From positions 640,001 through 704,000 of the forward strand of contig OY970176.1 in NCBI GenBank assembly GCA_963707955.1: DNA of 64,000 bases, written 5' to 3'. This document shows, one piece after another, positions 19,905 to 29,167 of the stretch. Source of the DNA: Candidatus Bathyarchaeota archaeon. Its GTDB lineage: Archaea > Thermoproteota > Bathyarchaeia > Bathyarchaeales > Bathycorpusculaceae. The translations under genes and the position numbers were made by a program. Every line of letters begins with the position of its first letter. Within the stretch, counting starts at the first letter, position 1. The notes under the pieces were generated by a model. That model saw nothing but the letters and a program-made list of their open reading frames with translations. It ran no database searches and had not been told where the DNA came from.

Positions 19905-20240
19905 ATAGCTTATTATACAGAATAAAGCTAGATCAGCCGACTATTTTTAAGAAGCAACGTCGGACACGGGTTTGTTCCTGAGGGTCGGGTGGCGTTGCCT
20001 TCACAGGTTCATGCAATGCGTTTTTTCGCATCGTGATGCAGCGGATGAAGTTGGCACTATTATCGTCTTAAGTTGTAGACCTGGTTGGTTCTGTCGGAGT
20101 TTGAACGCAGCTTTGTTACCGCATTCTGAATCGTTCTCGCATTATGCCAGAGTACCTCGATCTGATATTGTGCTGCCGATTTCTCAACTGCGGCCATTTT
20201 CGAACGAGGCGTATGAACTCTCGATGTACGCTTATGCCAT

Positions 20241-21176
20241 CTAGGGATTCAGTGTGGGAGTCAGAGACAACTTCAGGTTTCTAAGGAACTCATTTACCTC
20301 CTTGATTAGGCCAGTGCTTGCTAATGAAGGGAGAGACACTATTCCAGTAAGAAAGGAGACAATCTGTATCAAGTCGGCCGCCGTACTGATGGTCTTGTTC
20401 AAATAACGTTTTGCTTCTTTCGCTTTGGTTGAACCCTGTTCTTCCAGTCTTGTTGCGACAGCTGCCACTATTTGTCTGATTTCGTCCTGCCTATTCAATA
20501 TTGTCTTAATCTGTCCTGGAGTCTTGGAAATTTCCGCCAGGATAGCACTCCCCATTTCCTTGATTTCTCTGATGCCTTCTTCTGCTCTCCCTGCGCTTCC
20601 AGCGAGTACCTTCTGTTTTTCAGAGACGTCTTCGATTACGTCTATTATTCTGTCTAGTCTTTCTAATATCAGTAAATCGTTGGCACGAGTCATATTCAAT
20701 AGATGCAATTCACGCTTGGTTTCATTGAAAGATGTCTGTTGCCCAACCAGTACATAGCATTTGCAGCCTGAAATGTCAAATGCATACTTGTCAGTAGATT
20801 TTTCCGAGACAATTCTATCTTCACAATCCATCAGGCTTCGCGACTTATCATCGCTGATGATCTCTCTTTTCAGAAACGTCAGATAGGTGTCCATCTGAAG
20901 TCTTTCTTCTGTGCTGAGATCCTCGAGTTCTCCAAAGTAGATGTTAGCTTCTGTGGCAGATAGCACGCTATGAAGGCCACTTGCGAGATGAACTACAGGC
21001 TTGTTGCGTTTGATTACTGGATCTGACCATATTAGGAAGCAGAAGTCTTGGAACATGCTGAAAACTATCGGCTTGTAACCTGATCTTTGTTTGATCTGGA
21101 TAGGTGCGATAGTTAGTGATTCGTCCACTGCCGATCGAAAGATGAAGTATTGGGTCCCCTTTAAACCGACAACCAC
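20241..21176 (-). CDS. Hypothetical protein with C-terminal coiled coil and hydrophobic helix
   Basis: 311-aa ORF; heptads from LERLDRIIDVIEDV; tail ADLIQIVSFLTGIVSL. Confidence 0.7.
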   Translation of the reverse strand: MVVGLKGTQYFIFRSAVDESLTIAPIQIKQRSGYKPIVFSMFQDFCFLIWSDPVIKRNKPVVHLASGLHSVLSATEANIYFGELEDLSTEERLQMDTYLTFLKREIISDDKSRSLMDCEDRIVSEKSTDKYAFDISGCKCYVLVGQQTSFNETKRELHLLNMTRANDLLILERLDRIIDVIEDVSEKQKVLAGSAGRAEEGIREIKEMGSAILAEISKTPGQIKTILNRQDEIRQIVAAVATRLEEQGSTKAKEAKRYLNKTISTAADLIQIVSFLTGIVSLPSLASTGLIKEVNEFLRNLKLSLTPTLNP

Positions 21177-21205
21177 TTTCTCTGGACTATTCCCAGTTAT
21201 CCAAA

Positions 21206-21886
21206 CTATCTCACGCGATATATTGGTTGCCCCCTCTCGTCTTTTCCGAGTTCTTCAAGATCCAGTGGCGTTTTGTGCAGACCTTCCTGCGCGATTATTC
21301 TGTTCGTCTTCTGCATTGATCTTAACAAATCACAAGCTCTTTGGAGAAGTTTCTTTCCCGCATCTCGAGTTTGTTTGAATGGTGAAAAGAATAGAGACGT
21401 CCCAGTCCTGAGTAGAGATGCTAGTTCACTGAAGACTCTGTGTTCAACAGTTCCCTCAAAATATCTGTTTGTAGCGGTTGTGAACGCATCAGCCAATGCT
21501 TGGAGTCTGGAGTAGGACGGTTGTGTGTCACTTTCTATGGTTCCTACCAGTCCCTCAAAATACTCGTCTGGGTCAACGTTGCCATCAAGAACATGGTTGG
21601 TGGCAGCCACCATCACTTCCTGAATTTGATCGCCAATAGGCTGAAGATCCGCATGCAATATCATGAGGTACATTTTAGCTTTTGGAGTTAAGTTGAATCT
21701 CTCACTGCGTCCCTCGAAGGAAATGTTCGCAAGACCGTAACTGACACACGACTTGAGTATGGCGGACGCAACATTTCGGCTAATACCAGTGCTATTCACG
21801 ACTTCGGTTATGTTCCGAGGCTCTTTCTCGTCGAGCGCACCAAGACATTCAACGAACTCGTCAAGCCATGGTTTTGTTCGACTCAT
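21206..21886 (-). CDS. Winged-HTH protein
   Basis: Start re-placed at ATG 21886 behind SD GGAGGTGA; NITEVVNSTGISRNVASAILKSCVSYGL...FNLTPKA is a wHTH pattern. Confidence 0.7.
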   Translation of the reverse strand: MSRTKPWLDEFVECLGALDEKEPRNITEVVNSTGISRNVASAILKSCVSYGLANISFEGRSERFNLTPKAKMYLMILHADLQPIGDQIQEVMVAATNHVLDGNVDPDEYFEGLVGTIESDTQPSYSRLQALADAFTTATNRYFEGTVEHRVFSELASLLRTGTSLFFSPFKQTRDAGKKLLQRACDLLRSMQKTNRIIAQEGLHKTPLDLEELGKDERGQPIYRVR

Positions 21887-21944
21887 CTGCCATTTCACCT
21901 CCTGATTTGTATTACTTGAACGCAAGCATTCGCAAAGGGCAAAT

Positions 21945-21969
21945 GCAATGCATGCATTGTATGCATTGC
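21945..21969. promoter_or_regulatory. Inverted repeat, candidate operator of the wHTH gene
   Basis: GCAATGCAT-N7-ATGCATTGC just downstream (minus strand) of the AT-rich TATA-like tract at ~21975-21985. Confidence 0.45.
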
Positions 21970-22074
21970 GCCCATAAATATAAATGTTTCCCTCACCCAA
22001 AAGCACAGTATGTTACAATGAGCTACTTCTCACCAATTGCTTCAAGTTGAAGTCTCGCCAGAACCCCAACCCGA

Positions 22075-23604
22075 TTAGTTTTGATAGTAATTGAACGCTA
22101 ATGAGTACAATGCTCCAGGACTGGAAGCGCTTTGGTCTGTTCTTATCAGTTTGCATGCGCTGTCTAATATTTTCCTCGGTTCAGCTTTGACAGTAACCTT
22201 ATTTTGAGAGAGTGTATCCATGGTTTCCGTGTCTGTTGGAAACGATGGGTTTCTTTCTTTTTTGAAGATTCCCCCGAGAATTCGGTCATTATTCTCTGCT
22301 ATTCGAGTCCCAATGTGAAGAGCAGCATTTGAGATGCAGTCCATGCACTGTATGTGTGATTCGTAGATGTCCTCTTCTACTCGTTTATGTTCAAGAAGAT
22401 ACTTCAGTAACGATGTGCTTTCATTTTCGATTTCGGAAAAACAGCTAGCTGCCTCTTCGGCATATTCTCTAGGAAGACTCGACAACTTCTGAATGGAGTT
22501 GTCTGAGTTAGCGTTTACGTAGGCGAGGACAATTGAGATTCTCAAGAGAACACCTGTGAAAAATCTCGAATTCCATCTCAGCCTCTGCGAATCGGGCCGC
22601 ACTCTGGCAACTGCTGGTTCAAATACATAGTCTTTCATAGCTCGAATATATGAGGTGCCTGCAATTCGCAAGGCGATAATATCCATAAGCGATTCGTAGA
22701 GGTGTCTCGTAAAAGGTTTGTTTGTTGCATATTCAACAAAACTCTGTGGGGTTGGGGCGTTCAGAGTATCCTGCCATTTCTTGAAAGGACAGAAACTCAT
22801 GTTTTTGTTGAGTTTGGTATTGCAGCCTCCCATTATTTCCAACAACTTCTGTCGCAGACCAAAGATACATTCGAGTGTATCACTTAGTACAGTCACAGAC
22901 TCTGGAGCGAGCGAGCGTGGTCTTCCAAGCTCATCAAAGCTTGTCTGACATGCTGCGTGCGAGATCTCATGTGCGAGTATTAAAAGTCCCTGAAGATTAT
23001 ATTTAACATCCATAGCAAGATTCAGATGAAAAGTCTTGTGAAGAAGTGTGTACCGGCCCCCCGGAAGTGATTGTTGCAGTTGAAGTTCAGACCAGGAAAC
23101 AAACTTGTCCCATCTCACTCCTGACATGTTCAGGTATGAGAGATAGTTGTTAACTAGTTTATCAGCAGCTACCAAGTAGAGTTCGTTTCCGCAACTTCTT
23201 TCAGGGCTGAATGGAATGCCAGCTATTATGTACGGAAGCTCCACACTATCTGTTCTCTGGAAAAAGCCCGATTTTATGAACGACACGATTCTTGCTATTT
23301 TCTCTATTGCATATTTTGCATCTGCGATGGCGATCATTTTATCGCTGTCGCTTTGTTCAGATTCATTCTCCTCGCTTCCTGCGTATCTTGTAACCTGACT
23401 TGAGAAAAATCTAATCTCGTCATCCAACCCTCCCTGACCAAAAATATCAGGGAGGATATCGCTATTTTCAAATGCCTTGCTGGCGAATTTCCATCGGTCT
23501 TTAAGTGTTAGATATTCACTCAGAAGACCTCTGTACTTGCGGAGAACGTCTCGGAAGACTTCATCAGAGCATGCATATCTGTCAGTCTTTATCAAGGATC
23601 TCAT
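22075..23604 (-). CDS. HEXXH (gluzincin-like) metallopeptidase-domain protein
   Basis: LAHEISHAAC plus downstream YESLMDIIALRIAGTSY (E...D..A....G..Y). Confidence 0.6.
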   Translation of the reverse strand: MRSLIKTDRYACSDEVFRDVLRKYRGLLSEYLTLKDRWKFASKAFENSDILPDIFGQGGLDDEIRFFSSQVTRYAGSEENESEQSDSDKMIAIADAKYAIEKIARIVSFIKSGFFQRTDSVELPYIIAGIPFSPERSCGNELYLVAADKLVNNYLSYLNMSGVRWDKFVSWSELQLQQSLPGGRYTLLHKTFHLNLAMDVKYNLQGLLILAHEISHAACQTSFDELGRPRSLAPESVTVLSDTLECIFGLRQKLLEIMGGCNTKLNKNMSFCPFKKWQDTLNAPTPQSFVEYATNKPFTRHLYESLMDIIALRIAGTSYIRAMKDYVFEPAVARVRPDSQRLRWNSRFFTGVLLRISIVLAYVNANSDNSIQKLSSLPREYAEEAASCFSEIENESTSLLKYLLEHKRVEEDIYESHIQCMDCISNAALHIGTRIAENNDRILGGIFKKERNPSFPTDTETMDTLSQNKVTVKAEPRKILDSACKLIRTDQSASSPGALYSLAFNYYQN

Positions 23605-24451
23605 CCAAAACTATCTGTTTTTCGAACTTCAATACAGTCCCAGTCCAATTGGGTGGTCCCGAAGATCTGAAGTTCTTTCGCATTTGCTTTATTACTTTTA
23701 GCAGGGCTTGTGGCGAGGATCTTTTGGTGTCTCTTGCGAGATCAAAGTATCCAAGCCGATATCTTGTGCCGCGATATCGAATCATTTTTTTAAGTAGCGC
23801 ATTGTCACCAAGCTTTACGTTAATGGTTCCAGAAACAACATCCTTTTTAGGTGCCTCTGTATGCTGATTACATATTATCATGAAAGTGCAAAAATCTCTT
23901 GCAAACTTGGTTCTCGCCCTGACAGCGATAATAGACCTAGATAGAGCGTCATAACTTTCACCCTCGAGTTTCAACAGGTAGGATACAAAACTCGGATTCC
24001 ACATGAAATGATAGCCGATGTTTGGATGCTTCTTCTCTATATGTTTCAGTGCTTCCAGAATGTCTGAGAGGTCGTTATTAGCAATCCTAAAAACCGAATA
24101 CGCTCTATATGGCGGGAGAGATTTCGGCCTTTCTCCTGACCATTTATGGCTTCGCATCGGAAAACAAAGCAGTGATAGAAAGGAGCCTTCGAAAGAACGA
24201 GCCCTGAAGAATTCTTTCCGAATCGTATTTAGTAACTCAAAACCGGCTTCAGGGGACGCAGGTTGGATGTCAAAAACGTAGTCAAATCTTCCAAAGCATA
24301 CGCCAAAAAAGCTGGGCACACTAGAATTCTCTTCTAGGATTCTTAAAATCCTTGACTCCACCATGCGCAAATTCCTAGTGAGAACGAAGGTGACTATTTC
24401 TGGGACTGGCGAGATTAGAAGTTCTTGCGTACCTTCTTGCGCGTTGCTCAA
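23582..24451 (-). CDS. Protein with repeated Lrp/AsnC ligand-binding-like (ferredoxin-fold) units
   Basis: CFGRFDYVFDI and YRLGYFDLA resemble the GxxD motif of AsnC/RAM domains; overlaps the HEXXH gene. Confidence 0.5.
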   Translation of the reverse strand: MSNAQEGTQELLISPVPEIVTFVLTRNLRMVESRILRILEENSSVPSFFGVCFGRFDYVFDIQPASPEAGFELLNTIRKEFFRARSFEGSFLSLLCFPMRSHKWSGERPKSLPPYRAYSVFRIANNDLSDILEALKHIEKKHPNIGYHFMWNPSFVSYLLKLEGESYDALSRSIIAVRARTKFARDFCTFMIICNQHTEAPKKDVVSGTINVKLGDNALLKKMIRYRGTRYRLGYFDLARDTKRSSPQALLKVIKQMRKNFRSSGPPNWTGTVLKFEKQIVLDEILDKD

Positions 24452-24911
24452 GAGACATGCACCATGCCAAAAACTCGAGATAGCTCAGTTCCTCTTACTT
24501 GCGGTTTCTTACAGATCGACGTGGTCTATCAAAATCCCCTCATTCACCTTCATATGAAGGAGAGAAAAACGACTCGCCTATCCGTGGATCCCTTGATTTT
24601 GCCACGAGTCTTGTACGCCTATCCAGCTCACCCTTGGGAGGGGGTAGAGTGACCACATACTCACGGATGCGTTCAAGACGAATTCTTAGTTTGCGATCCA
24701 CGCATAGTCCCACGGCTCCCTTATCCGGTGATACTGTATTATGTCTTGTGAAACCAGAATAATGATTCCTGACCATCTCTAGCACCAAAGAGCTGTTTTC
24801 TTACTAGAAAACTAGCAAGTTAACTTAAAGCTTTCTACGACGCGGTCACCTCGGTCATCTACTCCACAGCCACTGTTCCAGTTCGGGCACCAACACAGCG
24901 CCGATTAATAG

Positions 24912-25005
24912 GATTTTCCGGAACGCGTAACGGAGTAATCTTCAAGGAGCCCTATAGCATAATGAGGGTTCAAACGCGGGCTCTGGACGCCAAGCGACCC
25001 CACCA
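24912..25005. ncRNA. Unknown structured motif, copy B
   Basis: Hairpins GATTTTCCG-N10-CGGAGTAATC and GAGCCCT-N11-AGGGTTC, then AAACGCGGGC...AGCGACCCCACCA. Confidence 0.5.
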
Positions 25006-25035
25006 TAACTACAAAGGTTTTGTCACAGCTACTTC

Positions 25036-25059
25036 TGCGTTTTATGTTTATAAAACGAA
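25036..25059. repeat. Island palindrome copy 2
   Basis: TGCGTTTTAT-GTTT-ATAAAACGAA. Confidence 0.8.
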
Positions 25060-25233
25060 GCTCAACAGGTTGTCCTAGAAAGTCCAAAATGAGAAAAAGT
25101 ACTGAAGAGAATACTTCGAAGTTGTCCTTCAGAATGGTTGATGGGAAGACGCGAAATCTTCAGACCTTTCGCTCTGAAGCTTTCCTGCTTCCTCATGTGC
25201 AAAGTAGCGTTTCCGTTTTCTGACAAGATTAAT

Positions 25234-26292
25234 CTATGACAAGGTTCGTTGTTCCAGAAAACCCAAGACGCGTCCAATGGTTTCACTGTAGGAAAGAGTT
25301 GTCCTCGCACCTGCCGCTCTGGAATTAGGACCTCCGCCTCCGAGGAATTTCGCAAGAGGTCTAACATCGTATGGAGCAAAAAGACATCGAAAAACGACTT
25401 TCCCGTTTTTATAAGCAACATAGAGAGCATGGTCTTTTTCTCGTTCGCATACGTCACTAATGAAATTGATACTTGAAAAATAGAGATTGCAAAACTTGAC
25501 TTTCAACCCGCTTCTGAAAAACACATCATACTTATCCTTGAGGAACTCCTCTATTCTTGAAAGGTCTTCTTGATATTTTTGTAAAGCGAACGATAACTTG
25601 GTATCTTCGTGCAATAGTTTGTTTATGTTGTTTGCCAGACATGCATCAAGAAAAGAGTCATAGGTATATTCAGGGCCTGCTGTAGCAATCGAAGCTCTAA
25701 CAACCTTGGCTAAGGACATTAGCTTTGATGTTATTACGGATTCCAAATCGAATCGGTCAATTAATCCCATTTTCTTTATGAGATCGAACATCTCAAAGCT
25801 ATCTTCTATGCAGTAATCTTGGGCAGCGCCTATTCCTCCCACCCAGCACCTTTGACTAAAAAAGTCGCGGTCGATATTCATGAGGATTTTCCATACTAGA
25901 GCTGAGGAGTTGAGGAAGTCAACATTGTCTAAGTGGGGATTGCAATCAATGAAATTCCTATCATTAATATGGAGAATATCATGGTGATCAAGATTCATTA
26001 TTCTTGTTTCTTTTAAGATATCTGAAAGATAGTTTGTATACTGCTGCAAGGGGCTGTCTACTATAATCAAGTACTTAGGTTGGCGGTCCTTGATGGACTT
26101 TAGAATTTCATAGTATTGACAAAATCTAGATGGATATGAAATCTCTGCACGAACACCATATTTCGATACAAAATAGGCATTCAATAAAACGCTCGCACTG
26201 AACCCGTCGTGGTCAGCATGTGACATTATCATGCAATCACGAGGCGAGATTTCCTGCAAAATAGCAACAACATTTTTGAGATTTTCAGTCAT
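25234..26292 (-). CDS. DHH-family phosphoesterase with DHHA1-like C-terminus
   Basis: SHADHDG, IVDS, LDHH, GGGGP..AAGA motifs. Confidence 0.85.
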   Translation of the reverse strand: MTENLKNVVAILQEISPRDCMIMSHADHDGFSASVLLNAYFVSKYGVRAEISYPSRFCQYYEILKSIKDRQPKYLIIVDSPLQQYTNYLSDILKETRIMNLDHHDILHINDRNFIDCNPHLDNVDFLNSSALVWKILMNIDRDFFSQRCWVGGIGAAQDYCIEDSFEMFDLIKKMGLIDRFDLESVITSKLMSLAKVVRASIATAGPEYTYDSFLDACLANNINKLLHEDTKLSFALQKYQEDLSRIEEFLKDKYDVFFRSGLKVKFCNLYFSSINFISDVCEREKDHALYVAYKNGKVVFRCLFAPYDVRPLAKFLGGGGPNSRAAGARTTLSYSETIGRVLGFLEQRTLS

Positions 26293-26307
26293 AAGACAAG
26301 CCTCGCA

Positions 26308-27993
26308 TTAGAAGGCATCGTCCACACACGCGAAGTTCGATGCACTTACTTGTCGATGCAAACCTAGTCTGGCAACATAAGAATAATGAGCCATTCGTTT
26401 TTCAACTTTAGTCATTAGAACCTCTTTTTTGAATTCGTTGGGATTTCTAATGAGATCAATGATTTCTGGAAGTGTTAAAAAGTATATGTCTTTCTCATGG
26501 ATCAGTTTACTTGAGGTAAATTGCTTGCCTGCTAGAGTGAAGAAAGGTCGAATAATAGACAGGTTACGGATCCAATGGTGATGATGATTATCTCTTTCCT
26601 GAGAAAGTTTCCTAGCTGCATTCAACGTGAACGTAAAGCTTTCATTATCAGAAACACCAAGTTTACCCTCAACAAAATCAACTGTTTGTCCAAACTTAAG
26701 CTTGTTCTCCTTAAGAGATACATGTTCTTTAGTTTCGTGATCAGACTTTCTAATTGCAGAAAGCATACCAATTGCATTCGATATGGGATCGAAATAAGGA
26801 TCTCTTGTCCGTATCCACCACCAATTGTTAGTGTGGTTTTGTAACCGCTCTAGCCAATCGCGACCATCTGGTATTTTGGCAATGCTACCCATTATTGTTC
26901 TTTCATCCTGCGCTGAAAAGATCTGATCCTTGATTTCCTCTGAAGCACTTTCAAGCAGGCGTGACGTTTCGATTGCAAACCTATTAGAAATTACTATCTC
27001 CTTCACGTCAACTGGCCTTAATAGAATGCTCATGCAATCGGCAACAGTTGCATTATCCCTACAAGCCTTTGCTACCAGTTCACGTAGACGCGGACCGACG
27101 ATGTCATCGCCCATTGATTGTATTAGATATGTGTGGGAAAAGAACTCGTTATGTACTGCCCACCAAGAGATAAAATGCTCAACAAGCTCAGGAGAGACTG
27201 CCTGTTCGCTGGTTAATACACTCTCAAATCTTGCGGTCGCCTTGTCGAAGCTTTCGTATACTTCTTGAAGCCGGTGCAGAAACCAACCCCAGTAAAGGCT
27301 ATCATTTTGGATAAATTTCTGAGAAAGTCGCTTAAGTAACCGGCTTGTCGTTTGAAACTCGATACAAACATTTTGGTGATACCTGACATACAGGGGCGAC
27401 AAATCTTCGAAGCCAAGAGCATGGGGAACCCTTTCAATTCCGCCTCCTATCAGAGAGCGCTGAACAAAAGATCCGTATATCTCTGGCCTTGGCGTAATCC
27501 ACTGGTACTCTTTTTCCTTGTCCGGGGCTTTCCAAGCATAATCTATCCGTTCACACAAAGGCAGAGTGAGGAACACTTTCTGTGCAAAAACTGGGACGCT
27601 ATTTCCAAATATCGTAAACCTGGTAAGAGCGTCATTTTTGTTTTCCGTGCTCAAGAGTCCTTCCAAAATATGTACCTGGCCGTTTGTTCCATCTACTTTG
27701 ACCAACATACCATCTTTCAGCAATATCGTAGCATTTTGCGTTCCTGTGACACAGGGAATAGCTCTCTCCCTCGAAATAACAGCCGCATGGCAAGTAAGAC
27801 CACCACTGTCAGTAATGATTGCTGAGCATTTTCCCATAGCAAGGACCATATCGGGATTTGTCATTCGAGCGACAATGATATCTCCCCTTTCAACCTTTTT
27901 CAAGTCAGCATTGCTAAAAACTATTCTTACTCTTCCCTCCGCACTCCCACCACTTGCCGGAATGCCTGTTATGATTTGCGTTGGTTTGCTCAT
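26308..27993 (-). CDS. PEP-utilising phospho-His swivel domain (N-terminal) fused to a helical domain resembling the rifampin phosphotransferase substrate domain
   Basis: GIPASGG.AEGRV, MTNPD, DSGGLTCHAAVISRE, VDGTNG; C-terminal WWWIRTRDPY, ERDNHHH, DIYFLTLPEI. Confidence 0.75.
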   Translation of the reverse strand: MSKPTQIITGIPASGGSAEGRVRIVFSNADLKKVERGDIIVARMTNPDMVLAMGKCSAIITDSGGLTCHAAVISRERAIPCVTGTQNATILLKDGMLVKVDGTNGQVHILEGLLSTENKNDALTRFTIFGNSVPVFAQKVFLTLPLCERIDYAWKAPDKEKEYQWITPRPEIYGSFVQRSLIGGGIERVPHALGFEDLSPLYVRYHQNVCIEFQTTSRLLKRLSQKFIQNDSLYWGWFLHRLQEVYESFDKATARFESVLTSEQAVSPELVEHFISWWAVHNEFFSHTYLIQSMGDDIVGPRLRELVAKACRDNATVADCMSILLRPVDVKEIVISNRFAIETSRLLESASEEIKDQIFSAQDERTIMGSIAKIPDGRDWLERLQNHTNNWWWIRTRDPYFDPISNAIGMLSAIRKSDHETKEHVSLKENKLKFGQTVDFVEGKLGVSDNESFTFTLNAARKLSQERDNHHHHWIRNLSIIRPFFTLAGKQFTSSKLIHEKDIYFLTLPEIIDLIRNPNEFKKEVLMTKVEKRMAHYSYVARLGLHRQVSASNFACVDDAF

Positions 27994-28117
27994 GTGGATG
28001 ATTCCAATTGATCTATTAGTTTATTTGCAAGAAGCTAATATTTGTATTTTGCCTGGTCACTTACGTGAGGCAGATTCTAGGATTAACATATAAGGCACAG
28101 ATAATCCTTCATTATTT

Positions 28118-28861
28118 ATGGCATTTCCAGTGGAGTTTGAAAGCTATGAAGTTTTCAGGATTATTCTACCTGGATATTTAGCATTGGGTGCTATCTTGCT
28201 CTCTTTGTACAGCTTCTCAATTACTCAACCGTTTTTAATTGACTTCTCAATAGCCTTAGGTCCGACTGTATTATTAGCGTCTATGATTGGATTGGGCTTG
28301 TTCCTGGGTCTAGTACTGTATGATTATGATCACCCACGACGCACCGGTTTCTATAAGACTCGTATAAGGACATCTCTGCCTTCCTTGCATTTGAAAAATA
28401 TCCTTTGTGATTCGTGCAATCACAAATGTAGGAATGCAATTGGGGATTCAGATACTGCAAGCTCGACGTATTTCTATTTATTCTACGGCTATTTTGATTC
28501 TAGTTCGCAAAAGACTGCGAATTTCTTTGGATCCATTTATAGAATATTCGCAGACATGCGGGCTATATTTGGATTAATATGGGTAACTCAGCTGTCATTT
28601 GGTCTTTTTGATTTGGTTCCGCTGATTATGAATGGTGCAATTGTGAGTCCTTCTCTCACTGCGGTTAATCTGACACTCTTTGTGGTTTTCCTACCATTGT
28701 GGCTACGTTTACATCCTGAATTCTATTCTAACCGATTGAGCAAAGGTGACCAATATATGCTCAATGCGATTAATTTCCAGAAGAGGTATCTCGATTTGAA
28801 GATTAACGATTTTAGAGGCTTGATATGTCTTCCGCCGACAAACAAGATGGCGGAGTATTAG
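28118..28861 (+). CDS. Multi-pass membrane protein with CxxCxxxC loop
   Basis: About four TM segments; FRIILPGY N-terminus; CDSCNHKC; AT-rich codon usage. Confidence 0.7.
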   Translation: MAFPVEFESYEVFRIILPGYLALGAILLSLYSFSITQPFLIDFSIALGPTVLLASMIGLGLFLGLVLYDYDHPRRTGFYKTRIRTSLPSLHLKNILCDSCNHKCRNAIGDSDTASSTYFYLFYGYFDSSSQKTANFFGSIYRIFADMRAIFGLIWVTQLSFGLFDLVPLIMNGAIVSPSLTAVNLTLFVVFLPLWLRLHPEFYSNRLSKGDQYMLNAINFQKRYLDLKINDFRGLICLPPTNKMAEY

Positions 28862-29036
28862 AGATCTTAACACCACGATATCTCCAGCGTGCGCTAAATG
28901 AGGATTTGTCTTGGTAAGCTATTGATATTGAAGTCTCAAATAGTTCGTAATCCAGCCTTAATCATGTTGCCATCTACACTGGTTTTTACTGCGTGCGCAT
29001 GCGAGAGAACGCTGGTAACGCGCTTTTGATTTGTCT

Positions 29037-29087
29037 TTCGTTTTATTGGAAAAAAACGAAAGCTTCAGTTTCTTCGCATAAAACGAA
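29037..29087. repeat. Island palindrome copies 3 and 4 (tandem)
   Basis: TTCGTTTTAT-TGGA-AAAAAACGAA (29037-29060) and TTCAGTTTCT-TCGC-ATAAAACGAA (29064-29087). Confidence 0.75.
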
Positions 29088-29167
29088 AAGATACCAAGGA
29101 AGTACAGAAAAACAGAACTTGAGAAGAAAAACACGCTTCGCCCCTCTCTCGTTTCTTTTGATTTCTG

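Noticed and set aside
24795-24833. GTTTTCTTACTAGAAAACTAGCAAGTTAACTTAAAGCT resembles the Cas9 sgRNA/tracrRNA scaffold
   Set aside because: No cas genes or CRISPR array in the window. The match is gapped and AT-rich, and is better explained as a small hairpin plus a minus-strand TATA region.
25062-25457. 131-aa alternative-frame ORF overlapping the DHH gene 3' end
   Set aside because: Overlaps a conserved domain in another frame and has no recognisable features.
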